DNA of 64,000 nt, taken from NCBI GenBank assembly GCA_012839815.1, contig DUMQ01000124.1, positions 5,933 to 69,932 of the forward strand, given 5' to 3'. Positions 29,116 to 39,269 of this stretch are shown one piece after another. Numbering within the stretch: position 1 is the first letter of the stretch; each line of letters opens with the position of its first letter. The position numbers and the translations under genes were made by a program. The notes under the pieces are model-generated. The model worked only from the letters and a program-made list of their open reading frames with translations, had not been told where the DNA came from and did not search any database. The stretch comes from Bacillota bacterium (GTDB taxonomy: Bacteria; Bacillota; SHA-98; Ch115; JABLXJ01).

Positions 29116-29415
29116 TTGATGGAGTGCAATCCAAGCACCACGTCCGGAGAAGAGCAAAAACAGGAGAACTCAGGGAAGATCGCCATGGCAAAGGAGATAA
29201 TACGTATGCTCAGCAACGGGTCGATCGAGATACCGCCTCCCATAAGGGAAGGACTAGGCATCAGAGCATGGGATGATCTCGAGTTTACCATCGAAGGCGA
29301 TACCATTGTGATCGCCAAGGTGGCCACGACCCGGGCTGCCGAACCCCGCTCCTGCTACATTGGGGGCAAAATCCAGGATAGCGCTCACGTCGTCAGGGAT
29401 GAAGAAATGTACTGA
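29116..29415 (+). CDS. AbrB/MazE/SpoVT family DNA-binding protein
   Basis: IRMLSNGSIEIPPPIREGLGI...DLEFTIEGDTIVI swapped-hairpin pattern. Start may be the later ATG (MAKE). Confidence 0.75.
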   Translation: MMECNPSTTSGEEQKQENSGKIAMAKEIIRMLSNGSIEIPPPIREGLGIRAWDDLEFTIEGDTIVIAKVATTRAAEPRSCYIGGKIQDSAHVVRDEEMY

Positions 29416-29589
29416 TATTGTCAAATATAATAGTCTATGGGATTCTACCGAATATAGTAAAAAGTATGGCCTGAATATGGCGAGGCAAGCTATGGCCTAC
29501 CAGTCAGGAAAGCGGGGTACCCGCCCCGGGTGGAGCCTCATTGTAGCGCACCCGCCCGGCAGGCACCCCGCCTGGCACATAAATTCCTC

Positions 29590-30462
29590 CTAATATATCT
29601 CCCGCCCCTCGGAGCGCGTGAGCCTCCGGAACTCCTCAAGCAGCCTTGCAGTGACCGGCCCGCACTTACCGCTCCCGATCACCCGGCCATCGACCTTGGT
29701 AACCGCGATCAGCTCGGCCGCCGTGCCGGTCAGGAAGCACTCGTCCGCGCCATACACATTGAACAGGGTGATCTCCCTCTCCTGAAAAGGAATCCCAAGC
29801 CTGCTGCAGATGTCTATCACGCTCTGTCGCGTGATGCCATCCAATGCCCCTACATAGATGGGCGGGGTCATAACGATGCCGTTCTTGACAATGAATATAT
29901 TGTCCCCTGTGCACTCGCAGACAAGGCCGTGCTCATTCAGGAGCAACGCCTCCGGCACGCCGGCGTTGTTGGCTTCTATCTTGGCCAGGATGTTATTGAG
30001 ATAGTTCAGGGACTTTATCTGGGGATCGATGCTCGCAGGGCTGTTTCGACGCACCGACGAGGTTATTATGGACATTCCGTTCTCGTACATCTCGTCGGGA
30101 TACAAGGAAATGGAGTCTGCGATGATGACGATGGTCGGCCTGGGGCATTTCGTCGGGCTCAGCCCCAGGTCGCCTGCGCCGCGCGATACCACGAGCCGTA
30201 TGTAACAATCCCGGAGCTCGTTCCTGCGAATGGTCTCCAGCATGGCTTCGGTAAGTTCTTCCTTTGACATGGGAATCTCAAGGGCTATCGCCTTGGCAGA
30301 ATTATAGAGCCTGTCAATGTGCTCCCTGCACTTGAATACGCGCCCGTTGTACGCCCTTATGCCTTCGAAAACGCCGTCGCCGTAGAGATAACCGTGATCG
30401 AAAACAGAGATCTTAGCCTCGGCTTTAGGATAGAAGCTGCCATCAATATAGATCCACTGCAT
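29590..30462 (-). CDS. ilvE: Branched-chain amino acid aminotransferase
   Basis: YGDGVFEGIR, IKSLNYLNN, ECTGDNIF, LDGITR, FLTGTAAE. Confidence 0.95.
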   Translation of the reverse strand: MQWIYIDGSFYPKAEAKISVFDHGYLYGDGVFEGIRAYNGRVFKCREHIDRLYNSAKAIALEIPMSKEELTEAMLETIRRNELRDCYIRLVVSRGAGDLGLSPTKCPRPTIVIIADSISLYPDEMYENGMSIITSSVRRNSPASIDPQIKSLNYLNNILAKIEANNAGVPEALLLNEHGLVCECTGDNIFIVKNGIVMTPPIYVGALDGITRQSVIDICSRLGIPFQEREITLFNVYGADECFLTGTAAELIAVTKVDGRVIGSGKCGPVTARLLEEFRRLTRSEGREIY

Positions 30463-30568
30463 CTCGAAAATAGCTCCTCTCCTCGGGAATTAAATTTCAT
30501 GATACCACGGCACCGGGACGGTGTCAATGGATTAGCGGCCAATTTTCGGTCAATGACACCTTGATGGC

Positions 30569-32053
30569 TCAGTGGCATAATCTGAGAAACCGCTCGTAGG
30601 CATCGTCCCAGGCACCTTGCTCCGCCGCCACCGGGTCGTAGGTGCGGAGAGGGAAGGATCGGCGCACAATATTCCGAGCCTCGGCAATCGACTTCAAATA
30701 GCCAAGCGCCACCGCCTGCATCACCGAATTGCCGATGGCCGTCGCCTCGACGGGCCCGGCTATCACCGGCCGCCCCGTGGCGCTGGCCGTAAGCTGGCAG
30801 AGGAGCGTATTCTTCGTTCCGCCCCCGACGATGTGGATGACCGGAAGCCTTCTCTCCAGGATCGCCTCCAACTTTTCCACCACCCAGCGATACTTCAAGG
30901 CCAGGCTATCCAGCGCGCACCTCACGATCTCGCCCCTGGTCCGGGGCACGGGCTGACCTGTTTCCTCGCAGTAACGCTGGATCTCGGACGGCATATCCTC
31001 AGGGTTGAGGAAGCGGTCACAATCGGGGTCTATTATGGATGCCAGGGGCCTGGCCTGGCGCGCCATATCGGTGATCTGGTCATAGTTTAGCGCCTCGCCG
31101 GCCCTCTCCCAGGCGCGGCGGCACTGCTGGACCAGCCACAGCCCCGTGACGTTCTTGAGCAGGCGGAAGGTACCCGCGACACCCCCCTCGTTGGTAAAGT
31201 TCAACGCCAGGGTAAGCTCGTTGATTACTGGCCTGGATACCTCGACCCCCACCAGGGACCATGTGCCGGAGCTGATATACACGTAATCGCCCTGCTGAGC
31301 AGGCACCGCAGCCACGGCGCACGCCGTATCGTGACCGGCCGGGGCGATCACCGGGATCTCGCCCGTCCCCACCTCGCGAGCCACCCGGGGCTCCAGGGTC
31401 CCTATGATCGTGCCGGGAGGGATTATATCTGTAAATATGTGGCCCGGTAGGCCAAGGGCATCGATGATAGCCCGCGACCAGCCGCCCGCCACAGGGTCGT
31501 AGAGCTGCGACGTGGTAGCAATCGTAAACTCACTGGCCTTCCTGCCGGTGAAAAGGAAGTTGAATAGGTCGGGCATCATAAGGAGGGTCTCGGCAACCTC
31601 CAGGAGGGGCGAGCGTGATCTCTTCATGGCCCAGAGCTGGAAGATGGTATTTATTTGCATAAATTGAATCCCAGTTCTGTGAAAGATCTCATCGCGTGAC
31701 ACGATCTTGAATACCTCATCCGGCATCCCATCCGTCCGGCGATCCCGGTAGTGGTAAGGGTTACCCAGGAGGACATCACCGCGACCGAGGAGACCGAAAT
31801 CGACGCCCCAGGTATCGACGCCCAGCCCTCCAAGATCCTTCCCGTATTTTTGGATTGCCAGTGCAAGGCCGCGTTTCATCTCGTGGAACAGTCTCAGAAC
31901 ATCCCAGTGGAGCCCACCGGGGATGCGAACGGGTTCGTTAGGAAACCGGTGAACCTCTTCAAGGGAAAGGCTCTCGTCATCGAATTTACCGAGGACAGCG
32001 CGGCCGCTTTCTGCTCCCAGGTCGAGGGCCAAAACCTTAAGCACTGGAGACAT
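30569..32053 (-). CDS. Rhamnulokinase-family (FGGY) carbohydrate kinase
   Basis: LALDLGAESGR, GVDTWGVDFGLL, HYRD.RT, GHDTACAV, ISSGTWSL, KNVTGLW, GPVEATAIGN. Confidence 0.9.
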   Translation of the reverse strand: MSPVLKVLALDLGAESGRAVLGKFDDESLSLEEVHRFPNEPVRIPGGLHWDVLRLFHEMKRGLALAIQKYGKDLGGLGVDTWGVDFGLLGRGDVLLGNPYHYRDRRTDGMPDEVFKIVSRDEIFHRTGIQFMQINTIFQLWAMKRSRSPLLEVAETLLMMPDLFNFLFTGRKASEFTIATTSQLYDPVAGGWSRAIIDALGLPGHIFTDIIPPGTIIGTLEPRVAREVGTGEIPVIAPAGHDTACAVAAVPAQQGDYVYISSGTWSLVGVEVSRPVINELTLALNFTNEGGVAGTFRLLKNVTGLWLVQQCRRAWERAGEALNYDQITDMARQARPLASIIDPDCDRFLNPEDMPSEIQRYCEETGQPVPRTRGEIVRCALDSLALKYRWVVEKLEAILERRLPVIHIVGGGTKNTLLCQLTASATGRPVIAGPVEATAIGNSVMQAVALGYLKSIAEARNIVRRSFPLRTYDPVAAEQGAWDDAYERFLRLCH

Positions 32054-32103
32054 GACGCTGCAACACCCCTTCGCGAAAATTCCTCTTAGTATTTATCTTA
32101 GCC

Positions 32104-32541
32104 TTAACTTACCATTATAAATTTTGCGATAGCATCGGCCGCCACGGTGCCATCCGGCAGAACGAGACGAGCCTCAGCGTAAATCAAACGCCCCCTCACC
32201 TCCCGGACCCACCCCTCCGCGGTTGCGGTGCCGCCTGTAGGTACGGGGGCCTTGAATCGCACCTCCATGGAGGCGGTCACCGCGCCGATGCCTTGGGTGA
32301 TGATGGCACGGGCCATCGCCTCGTCCAGCACGGTGCTTATGATGCCGCCGTGGGTTATGCCGGCATAACCTTGGTGGTCGGCCTGGGGTGTAAAGCGACA
32401 CGCGACCCTGCCAGGTCCCTGTTCTTCGAACTCCAACTTGAGACCTATGGGGTTCTGGGCACCGCAAGCAAAGCATCTTCCATTATCGCGGAGCTGGAGC
32501 GGCAAAAAAACCCCTCCATACATACTCATATAAAGACGCAC
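32104..32541 (-). CDS. PaaI family (hotdog) thioesterase
   Basis: CFACG..NPIGL, HQGY.GITHGGIISTVLDEAM. Confidence 0.85.
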   Translation of the reverse strand: MRLYMSMYGGVFLPLQLRDNGRCFACGAQNPIGLKLEFEEQGPGRVACRFTPQADHQGYAGITHGGIISTVLDEAMARAIITQGIGAVTASMEVRFKAPVPTGGTATAEGWVREVRGRLIYAEARLVLPDGTVAADAIAKFIMVS

Positions 32542-32645
32542 CGATTTAGACGCACGAATGCACGAACATCCTATGAATGCACGAACGCCTCGCCTGGTAG
32601 AATTCTACCTCTCCTACCACTTCCATGTCAATAATGTGGGCCAGG

Positions 32646-33770
32646 TCATTTCACCTCGAGGAGCTTGTACTTCCTCGTGCCAAGCCCGATCCTCTCCCCG
32701 TGGATCAACTGGATGCGCCAGTCTACTCCGTGATGAATCGAGCCGAACTTATCATCGCTATCGAATGACTGGCCCAGCCTGGTGTTTGGCATGCCAGGCG
32801 CCGCGTTGACCAGGTCCACGCTAGCCTGGTCGATGGCAACAGGGTCGGTCGATGCCAGGATACCCTGGTTGGGGACTATAGGCGCGTCGTTCCAAGGGGC
32901 GCAATCGCAGTCAGGCGAGACGTTCATAACGAAATTCATGAACCCGCATTTCCCCTTCTTTGTGCTCACCACCGCGTAGGCGTATTCGGCCATGCGCTCC
33001 TGGAACCCGTTGATCTCGGCATCGGTCCAGTTTACCGCTATCGCTTCATCGAGACAGCTGATGGTGCACTCGGCGCACCCGATGCACTTCGAATGGTCGA
33101 TCCGAGCGGGGCGACCGGGCTCAAATGAGATCGCCCCTGCGGGACACCACTTGACGCAGCGCCCGCACATCCGGCACTTCGACTCATCAACCTCAGGCTT
33201 CACGCTCGAATGCTGTTCCTGCTTGCCGGCGCGCGACGCGGAGCCCATCCCCACATTCTTTATCGCCCCGCCGAAGCCCGATGCCTCGTGGCCCTTAAAA
33301 TGACTCAGAGCTATTATGACGTCCGCCTCGGCGATCGCAGCCCCGATGCGCGCCTCCTTCACCCTTGGCCCGTTTATGGGGATCTTGACTGTGCTGTGCC
33401 CGTGCAGCCCGTCAGCAACTACAAACGGCGCCCCTACCGTGGCGAAGCTGAAGCCATTCTGAATGGCGGATATAGCGTGGTCGACGGCATTGGAACGGCA
33501 CCCGACGTAAAGAGTGTTCGAATCCGTGAGGAAGGGCTTGCCGCCACTCGCCTTCACCTTCTCAACGATCACGCGAACCACCGGAGGCTGGATGTATGCC
33601 AAGTTTCCGGGCTCGCCCACGTGCAGTTTTATCGCAACAAAATCTCCTTTCTCAATAAGGCTCCCGAAGTTCGCGTGATCATACAGGGCGCTCACCTTGT
33701 CCAGGAGGTTCCTCCCGCTCCGGGTGCGCATATCCGAGAAATATACATTGCTGGCCATTCCCAAACTCAC
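32646..33770 (-). CDS. DUF362 family Fe-S protein with 2x[4Fe-4S] ferredoxin insert
   Basis: VAIKLHVGE, HFKGH...GFGGAIKNVGMG, CRMCGRCVKWCP, CIGCAEC...C, PDCDC, DPVAIDQA. Confidence 0.88.
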   Translation of the reverse strand: MSLGMASNVYFSDMRTRSGRNLLDKVSALYDHANFGSLIEKGDFVAIKLHVGEPGNLAYIQPPVVRVIVEKVKASGGKPFLTDSNTLYVGCRSNAVDHAISAIQNGFSFATVGAPFVVADGLHGHSTVKIPINGPRVKEARIGAAIAEADVIIALSHFKGHEASGFGGAIKNVGMGSASRAGKQEQHSSVKPEVDESKCRMCGRCVKWCPAGAISFEPGRPARIDHSKCIGCAECTISCLDEAIAVNWTDAEINGFQERMAEYAYAVVSTKKGKCGFMNFVMNVSPDCDCAPWNDAPIVPNQGILASTDPVAIDQASVDLVNAAPGMPNTRLGQSFDSDDKFGSIHHGVDWRIQLIHGERIGLGTRKYKLLEVK

Positions 33771-34011
33771 CTCTTGCTCTCCCCTTATGGCTCTTGTAGC
33801 TCTTGCTCCTGGTGTTATTCTTGAGATTTTTCAGGCTCAAGCTGTGCTGGGCCACCGACACCCCCTCCCGGCTTCACTCGATCAGCATGATCCTTGTAGT
33901 ATTCCAATTATTATATCATATCATGATGCCCCGCCTGATTCTGTAAAGTCCGAAACACTTTCAACAGACATAGTCAGGCTCCCTCCACACCCTTGATTGC
34001 GCTGGCCTTCT

Positions 34012-34419
34012 AAGTAGTGCGGAAAAGTCCCTGCCCTTTTGGGCACTCGCATAGGGAGTCTCGCATCTCTCCGCCCGGCGGCCTTGATCTCCGGCCCAAG
34101 AGCCCTCGGCCGGAGATTACGGAGCGGCCTGCTCGCCTAAGTGTAGGTTCCTTAATTTGTGCCAGTTTACCAACACGTCCCATGGGTTGCCGGTGCTTGC
34201 GTGACGGGGCCTTTTGAAATTTGGCAAGGCCCTCACGCCAAATTTCAACGGAGGCGCGCCGCAAGCGCGCCGTCCCCGGAACGCAACACCGGCAACCCCT
34301 GGAAAAACGTCTATAATCTTCGAACTCGCACTTAGCCGCGCCCGCCGGGCGGAGAGATGCGAGACTCCCCGGCCACTGTGCGGCACTTATAGATGTCACC
34401 TTCGAAAGGTCCGGATATT
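34012..34419. repeat. Expanded copy of repeat family F1 with a nested F2 element
   Basis: Ends match the reverse complement of 47665-47815. A perfect 28-bp inverted repeat (34054-34081 / 34342-34369) encloses a 10-bp hairpin (34087-34117) and the F2 copy. Confidence 0.8.
34138..34334. repeat. Repeat family F2 copy A (197 bp, MITE-like)
   Basis: Imperfect terminal IR TAAGTGTAGGTTC / GAACTCGCACTTA. Inner 17-bp IR at 34184-34201 / 34282-34298. Homologous to 49126-49321. Confidence 0.8.
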
Positions 34420-34468
34420 ATGGTTGTCCATCATACCATCTTGTGGTATGCTCATGGATAGGATAATC

Positions 34469-34526
34469 AAGTTAGTGCGCCAGCCCGGGGCAAGTCTAGA
34501 AGTGGCAAAGCCCTATGCGCTAACTT
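34469..34526. repeat. 58-bp mini-element with F1-type ends
   Basis: Begins AAGTTAGTGCGC and ends GCGCTAACTT(A). Lies directly before the RBS of the DUF763 gene. Confidence 0.65.
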
Positions 34527-34542
34527 AAGGAAGTGACCTGAC

Positions 34543-35640
34543 ATGAGAAGCGGTACGGCCAACCTGCCGCTACATTCCGGCAAGTGCCCCGCGTGGCTAT
34601 TTTCCCGGATGAAGTTGCTCGGGGCTGCGATAATCGAGATCATCGTCGAGGAGTTCGGCCCGCAAGAGGTCCTGCAGCGCCTTTCCGACCCCGTGTGGTT
34701 TCAAGCCCTCGGGTGCGTCCTCGGCTTCGACTGGCATTCATCTGGCATCACGACCACCGTCTGTGGGGCCCTCAAGGAGGGACTGCGCCCTCGCGAGGGA
34801 GACCTCGGCATCTTCTTCGCGGGCGGCAAGGGCGCAACATCCCGTAAGACGCCCCTGGAGATCTCGGATGCCTGCGAAAGGCACGGCCTCCCCTCGGAGC
34901 TCCTCGGCCTCCAGTATGCCAGCAAAATGGCGGCCAAGGTCGATTCCGCGGCCCTCCAGGATGGATATGACATATATCATCACCTGTTTGTTTTCACCGC
35001 GGATGGTAAATGGGCGGTGGTCCAGCAGGGCATGAATGAGGCGACGGGCTGGGCCAGGCGCTACCACTGGATTGGCCAGCTCTCACACGATTTTAGCTTC
35101 GTTTGCGAGCCGCATGCGGGTATCTCGTGCGATCACGTCCACGCCGGCAAAGTCCTCAACATGGTCGCCGCTGAAAGCGAGGAGGCGCGCAAGGCCTCGG
35201 CCTGGCTCGCCAGGGAAGAAACGAGCATGGTCCTCGGGGAGGTCCGGAAGGTATTGAGCCTGCCCGCAAGTCATGCAATCCCGGGAACAGCCCGGCTTGA
35301 AAAGACCCTCCGAGCGGCCTACGAACACCAGCCCGAGGACTTCGAAACGCTACTTTCTGTTCCGGGCGTCGGTCCGGCTACAATCAGGGCCCTCGCTATG
35401 GTCGCCGAGGTAGCTTATGGCGCCAGCCCGAGCCGCAGAGACCCTGTCAGGTACTCCTTTGCTCACGGTGGCAAGGATGGCCACCCGTTCCCCGTTAATA
35501 GAGCCAACTATGACCGGTCCATCCAGGTCCTTGAGGACGCGCTCCGGAGGGCAAGGCTGGGCCAGACAGATAAATTAAAGGCCCTCAGGCGCCTCGCGGC
35601 GTGGCGGGAAGGGGCTGAGGGGGGATACAGGGGATCATGA
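34543..35640 (+). CDS. DUF763 domain-containing protein
   Basis: ANLPLH.GKCPAWLF, GFDWHSSGITT, AKVDSAALQDGY, QQGMN, GVGPATIRAL, YSFAHGGKDGHPFPV. Confidence 0.9.
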   Translation: MRSGTANLPLHSGKCPAWLFSRMKLLGAAIIEIIVEEFGPQEVLQRLSDPVWFQALGCVLGFDWHSSGITTTVCGALKEGLRPREGDLGIFFAGGKGATSRKTPLEISDACERHGLPSELLGLQYASKMAAKVDSAALQDGYDIYHHLFVFTADGKWAVVQQGMNEATGWARRYHWIGQLSHDFSFVCEPHAGISCDHVHAGKVLNMVAAESEEARKASAWLAREETSMVLGEVRKVLSLPASHAIPGTARLEKTLRAAYEHQPEDFETLLSVPGVGPATIRALAMVAEVAYGASPSRRDPVRYSFAHGGKDGHPFPVNRANYDRSIQVLEDALRRARLGQTDKLKALRRLAAWREGAEGGYRGS

Positions 35641-38600
35641 GATTCATTGCTGATTTGCACATCCACTCACGCTACTCCAGGGCTACGAGCGGAGATTGCA
35701 CGCCCGAGGAACTCCACCGCTGGGCAGCGTGTAAGGGGCTCTCTCTCGTCGGCACAGGGGATTTTACCCACCCCGCGTGGCGCGAGGAGCTAAGGCAAAA
35801 ACTGGAGCCAGCAGGAGAAGCTTACGGGATCTATAGGCTCAAGGATGAATTTCGTAAGTCTGCAAGCCGTAGAGCGGCCGCCGAGGGCATCCCCTGGTTG
35901 GATACGCCCAGGGTCGGGTTCATCATCGCCGGCGAGATCAGCACGATATACAAGAAGGCTGGCGCAGTCCGGAAGATCCACCACCTCATTCTCCTCCCGA
36001 GCCTCGAGGCCGCAGATGAGTTGAGCAGGCGACTGGAGCAGGTCGGCAACATCCATTCGGATGGTCGGCCGATCCTAGGGCTTGACAGCCGCGTCCTCCT
36101 GGAGATCACCCTGGAGGCCTGCCCTGATGCCCTGTTTATACCTGCTCACATATGGACCCCGCACTTCTCGCTCTTCGGCGCAAACTCTGGATTCGATGCG
36201 ATCGAAGAGTGCTTCGACGATCTGACGGGGCATATTTATGCGGTCGAGACAGGCCTCTCATCCGACCCGCCAATGAACTGGCGGCTTTCGGCCCTCGATC
36301 GCTTCGCGCTGGTTTCCAACTCCGACGCCCATTCACCGGCCAACCTCGCTCGGGAGGCAAACATCTTTGATACTGAGCTGTCCTTTGATGCCATACGCAA
36401 AGCCCTAAGGGACCGCGATCCCGCGCGATTTATAGGGACACTGGAGTTCTTCCCGGAGGAGGGCAAGTATCATTACGATGGTCACAGGGCGTGCGGGGTC
36501 CGGTGGAAGCCGTCAGAGACCCGCGCCGCTGGAGGGGTTTGCCCTGTGTGCGGCCGCAAGGTCACCGTCGGGGTCCTGCACCGGGTCGAGGAGCTTGCCG
36601 ATAGACCCGAGGGGGCAAAACCCCCGGCCGCCCGGCATTTCGAAAGCCTGGTCCCCCTCGCCCAGGTCATTGCCTCGGCCCTCGGCGTAGGCGAATCCTC
36701 CAGGCAGGTGCGCGAGCAATACACCGCACTCATACGCGCCCTCGGCCCGGAGCTCGCCGTGCTGAGGGAATCATCCCTCGAGGACGTTAGATCCGCAGCC
36801 AGCCCGGCCGCAGGTGCGGCTATAGCCGAGGCTATTCGAAGGGTCAGGGCGGGTGAAATTGAGATTAAACCCGGTTTCGACGGCGAGTACGGGAGCATCG
36901 TCGTGATGCGCGACGAGGATAGGAAGCGTCTCCGGGGTCAGGGCAGCCTGTTTGGGTCCCTTTTTGCCGGGGCAGCTCCGGCATCGTGCGCGTCCCGTGA
37001 TCTCCACGGTAGCGCGGCCGCATCTGTTGCCGCTGTAGCCGCTCCTCGAATCAGCGAGCCGGGAGAGTCGAGGGAGCGAGGCATACCCATCGGGACGGGC
37101 GAACCGTCTAAATCGCCATCATCTGTATCGCCTGTACCTGGTGAACCGGTACGACCTACGGCATCAGCCGCGCCCCTTCCAGCGGACGGGCTCAACCGCG
37201 CCCAGCGCGAGGCGGTTATGGCCGAATCCGGTCCAATTATCGTGATCGCCGGGCCGGGCACCGGCAAGACCCGGACCCTGGCCCACCGTATCGCCTACCT
37301 GGTCGGGGAGCGTAATGTAAATCCCGCTCAGATCACAGCTGTCACCTTCACAAATAAGGCCGCCGCTGAAATGCGGGCGCGGGTCAAGGATCTCCTCAAC
37401 GACCCAGACCCCGATAGCGCCAATCAGGGCAGCCATGCAGGTCACCTGGAGGGCCTCACCATAGGGACGTTCCACAGCATCTGCCTGGACATGCTCAAAG
37501 CCTGCGCAGGCCACACCGGGTCTAAGACCATGATCATTCTCGATGAATTCGATGCCCGGTCGGTCCTGGAGGAGGTCCTGAAGGAATCCAGGGTTGGGAG
37601 GGGTATCAACGCGCGGGAAGCCCAGAGGCAAATCTCCCTCCTAAAAGGCCGCGGTATCCGGCCACCCGAGGCCGGAGCCCTCGTCCCGGGCGAACTCTCC
37701 CGGATCTACAGCGCCTACCAGGAAAGGCTGGCCCACTACATGGCCCTCGACTATGATGATATACTGCTGGAGACCGCGCACCTGATGCGACGGGAGAGGC
37801 GGCGAGAAGGCCGGGAGTCCTGCCTGCCGGAGGGGTGGCTCGACCGCTTCACCTATCTCCTGGTCGACGAGTTCCAGGACGTGAACCCCATTCAATATGA
37901 GCTCGTGAAACTCTGGGCCGGAGACGGCACCCGGCTCTTTGTCATCGGCGACCCGGACCAGGCCATTTACGGTTTCAGGGGGGCGGATCACAGGTTCTTC
38001 GAAAGGCTGCGGGAGGATTTCCCCGCCTCCAAAGTCTACAAGCTCACGATAAACTACCGCTCGACGCCCCAGATTCTGGGGGCAGCCTCGGCGCTCATAG
38101 CTCACAACCTCGACTGCGCTGGCCTCAAGCTTGAAGCCGCAAAAAGCAACGGGTTCAGGATTCGCCACATCGAGGTGCCCGGCGAGATTGCCGAGGGTAT
38201 CGCAATCGTGAGGGAGATCGGGCGCATGGTTGGGGGCGCAACCATGCTCCAGGCCCACCAGGCCAGTGGCCAGGGCGGCGGCTCAGACCCACGAGGCGGG
38301 CCCGCACCAGGGGAACCAGCGGCCACCAGCCTCCAGGATATAACCAGGAGCTTCTCGGATATCGCCGTGCTCTTCCGCACAGGGCGCCAGGGTGAGGTCC
38401 TGGAAGAGTGCTTCCTCAAGGAGGGCATCCCCTACCGCATCGTGGGGCGCGAGAGCTTCCTGGAAGACAGAGATGTGCGCGCAGCCCTCGACTTCCTGAG
38501 ATGCGTGGTGAACCCTGCGGATGAATTCCACTTCTCACGATGTCTTGTGTCGAATGCGAGTGCAGGAGGAGACCCGGAGGCTCTCAAGGCCCGGATCGAG

Positions 38601-39269
38601 GCATACAGGAACCTCAGCGTGTCCGAGCCGCCTGATCGACTGCTGGCACGGTGGATCGAGGAGGAGTCCGCCTGTAACCCTGGTTCCCGTGGCAATGAAG
38701 CCGTGAGACGGCTTATGAGGGTGGCCTCTCGTTTCGATAGCCTGGAGTCCTTCATAGTTGGAATCAACCTCGCCCGGGAAGCCGATCACGAAAGGCCCGG
38801 CCCCCGCGGACGAACGTCAGCATCACCGGCCACGGCAGCCACAGCGGCCTCTACAAGCGCGCCCGAGGCGGTAACTTTGATGACCATGCATGCAGCCAAA
38901 GGCCTGGAGTTCCCCGTGGTATTCATCGCCGGCGTTGAGGAGGGGATAATACCGCTCAAGGGTTCTCCAGGCGTTGACAGTACAGGCGCCACCGATACCG
39001 GCGAGGACAACGACCCAGAAATCTCGGAGGAGAGACGGCTGTTTTATGTCGGCATGACGCGCGCCATGGATGAGCTCATCCTCCTGTCGGCGCACAGGCG
39101 GGCACAATCCGGAACCAGCAGGCCAGCCACCCCGTCTCGCTTCCTCGATGAGATCCCTCCAGATTTCATACAGCGCGAAGTTCGATCCGCAAAGCCTAAA
39201 GGAGGCAAGGCGAATAAAGGGTGCGATGGGAGGCCAGACGGGCAGCTCAGCCTTTTCGCCCCAAGTTAG
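35637..39269 (+). CDS. Endonuclease Q (PHP/TIGR00375-type) fused to UvrD/PcrA-like superfamily 1 helicase
   Basis: N-terminal DLHIHS, GTGDFTHP, SNSDAHS, GKYHYDGHRAC, CPVCG, PGFDGEYG. Helicase motifs AGPGTGKT, TFTNKAA, VDEFQD, GDPDQAIYGFRGA, NYRS, TMHAAKGLEF, RRLFYVGMTRA. Confidence 0.9.
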   Translation: MRFIADLHIHSRYSRATSGDCTPEELHRWAACKGLSLVGTGDFTHPAWREELRQKLEPAGEAYGIYRLKDEFRKSASRRAAAEGIPWLDTPRVGFIIAGEISTIYKKAGAVRKIHHLILLPSLEAADELSRRLEQVGNIHSDGRPILGLDSRVLLEITLEACPDALFIPAHIWTPHFSLFGANSGFDAIEECFDDLTGHIYAVETGLSSDPPMNWRLSALDRFALVSNSDAHSPANLAREANIFDTELSFDAIRKALRDRDPARFIGTLEFFPEEGKYHYDGHRACGVRWKPSETRAAGGVCPVCGRKVTVGVLHRVEELADRPEGAKPPAARHFESLVPLAQVIASALGVGESSRQVREQYTALIRALGPELAVLRESSLEDVRSAASPAAGAAIAEAIRRVRAGEIEIKPGFDGEYGSIVVMRDEDRKRLRGQGSLFGSLFAGAAPASCASRDLHGSAAASVAAVAAPRISEPGESRERGIPIGTGEPSKSPSSVSPVPGEPVRPTASAAPLPADGLNRAQREAVMAESGPIIVIAGPGTGKTRTLAHRIAYLVGERNVNPAQITAVTFTNKAAAEMRARVKDLLNDPDPDSANQGSHAGHLEGLTIGTFHSICLDMLKACAGHTGSKTMIILDEFDARSVLEEVLKESRVGRGINAREAQRQISLLKGRGIRPPEAGALVPGELSRIYSAYQERLAHYMALDYDDILLETAHLMRRERRREGRESCLPEGWLDRFTYLLVDEFQDVNPIQYELVKLWAGDGTRLFVIGDPDQAIYGFRGADHRFFERLREDFPASKVYKLTINYRSTPQILGAASALIAHNLDCAGLKLEAAKSNGFRIRHIEVPGEIAEGIAIVREIGRMVGGATMLQAHQASGQGGGSDPRGGPAPGEPAATSLQDITRSFSDIAVLFRTGRQGEVLEECFLKEGIPYRIVGRESFLEDRDVRAALDFLRCVVNPADEFHFSRCLVSNASAGGDPEALKARIEAYRNLSVSEPPDRLLARWIEEESACNPGSRGNEAVRRLMRVASRFDSLESFIVGINLAREADHERPGPRGRTSASPATAATAASTSAPEAVTLMTMHAAKGLEFPVVFIAGVEEGIIPLKGSPGVDSTGATDTGEDNDPEISEERRLFYVGMTRAMDELILLSAHRRAQSGTSRPATPSRFLDEIPPDFIQREVRSAKPKGGKANKGCDGRPDGQLSLFAPS

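Noticed and set aside
32552-32586. Three GCACGAA copies between the DUF362 and thioesterase genes
   Set aside because: Short and irregularly spaced, likely slippage-derived.
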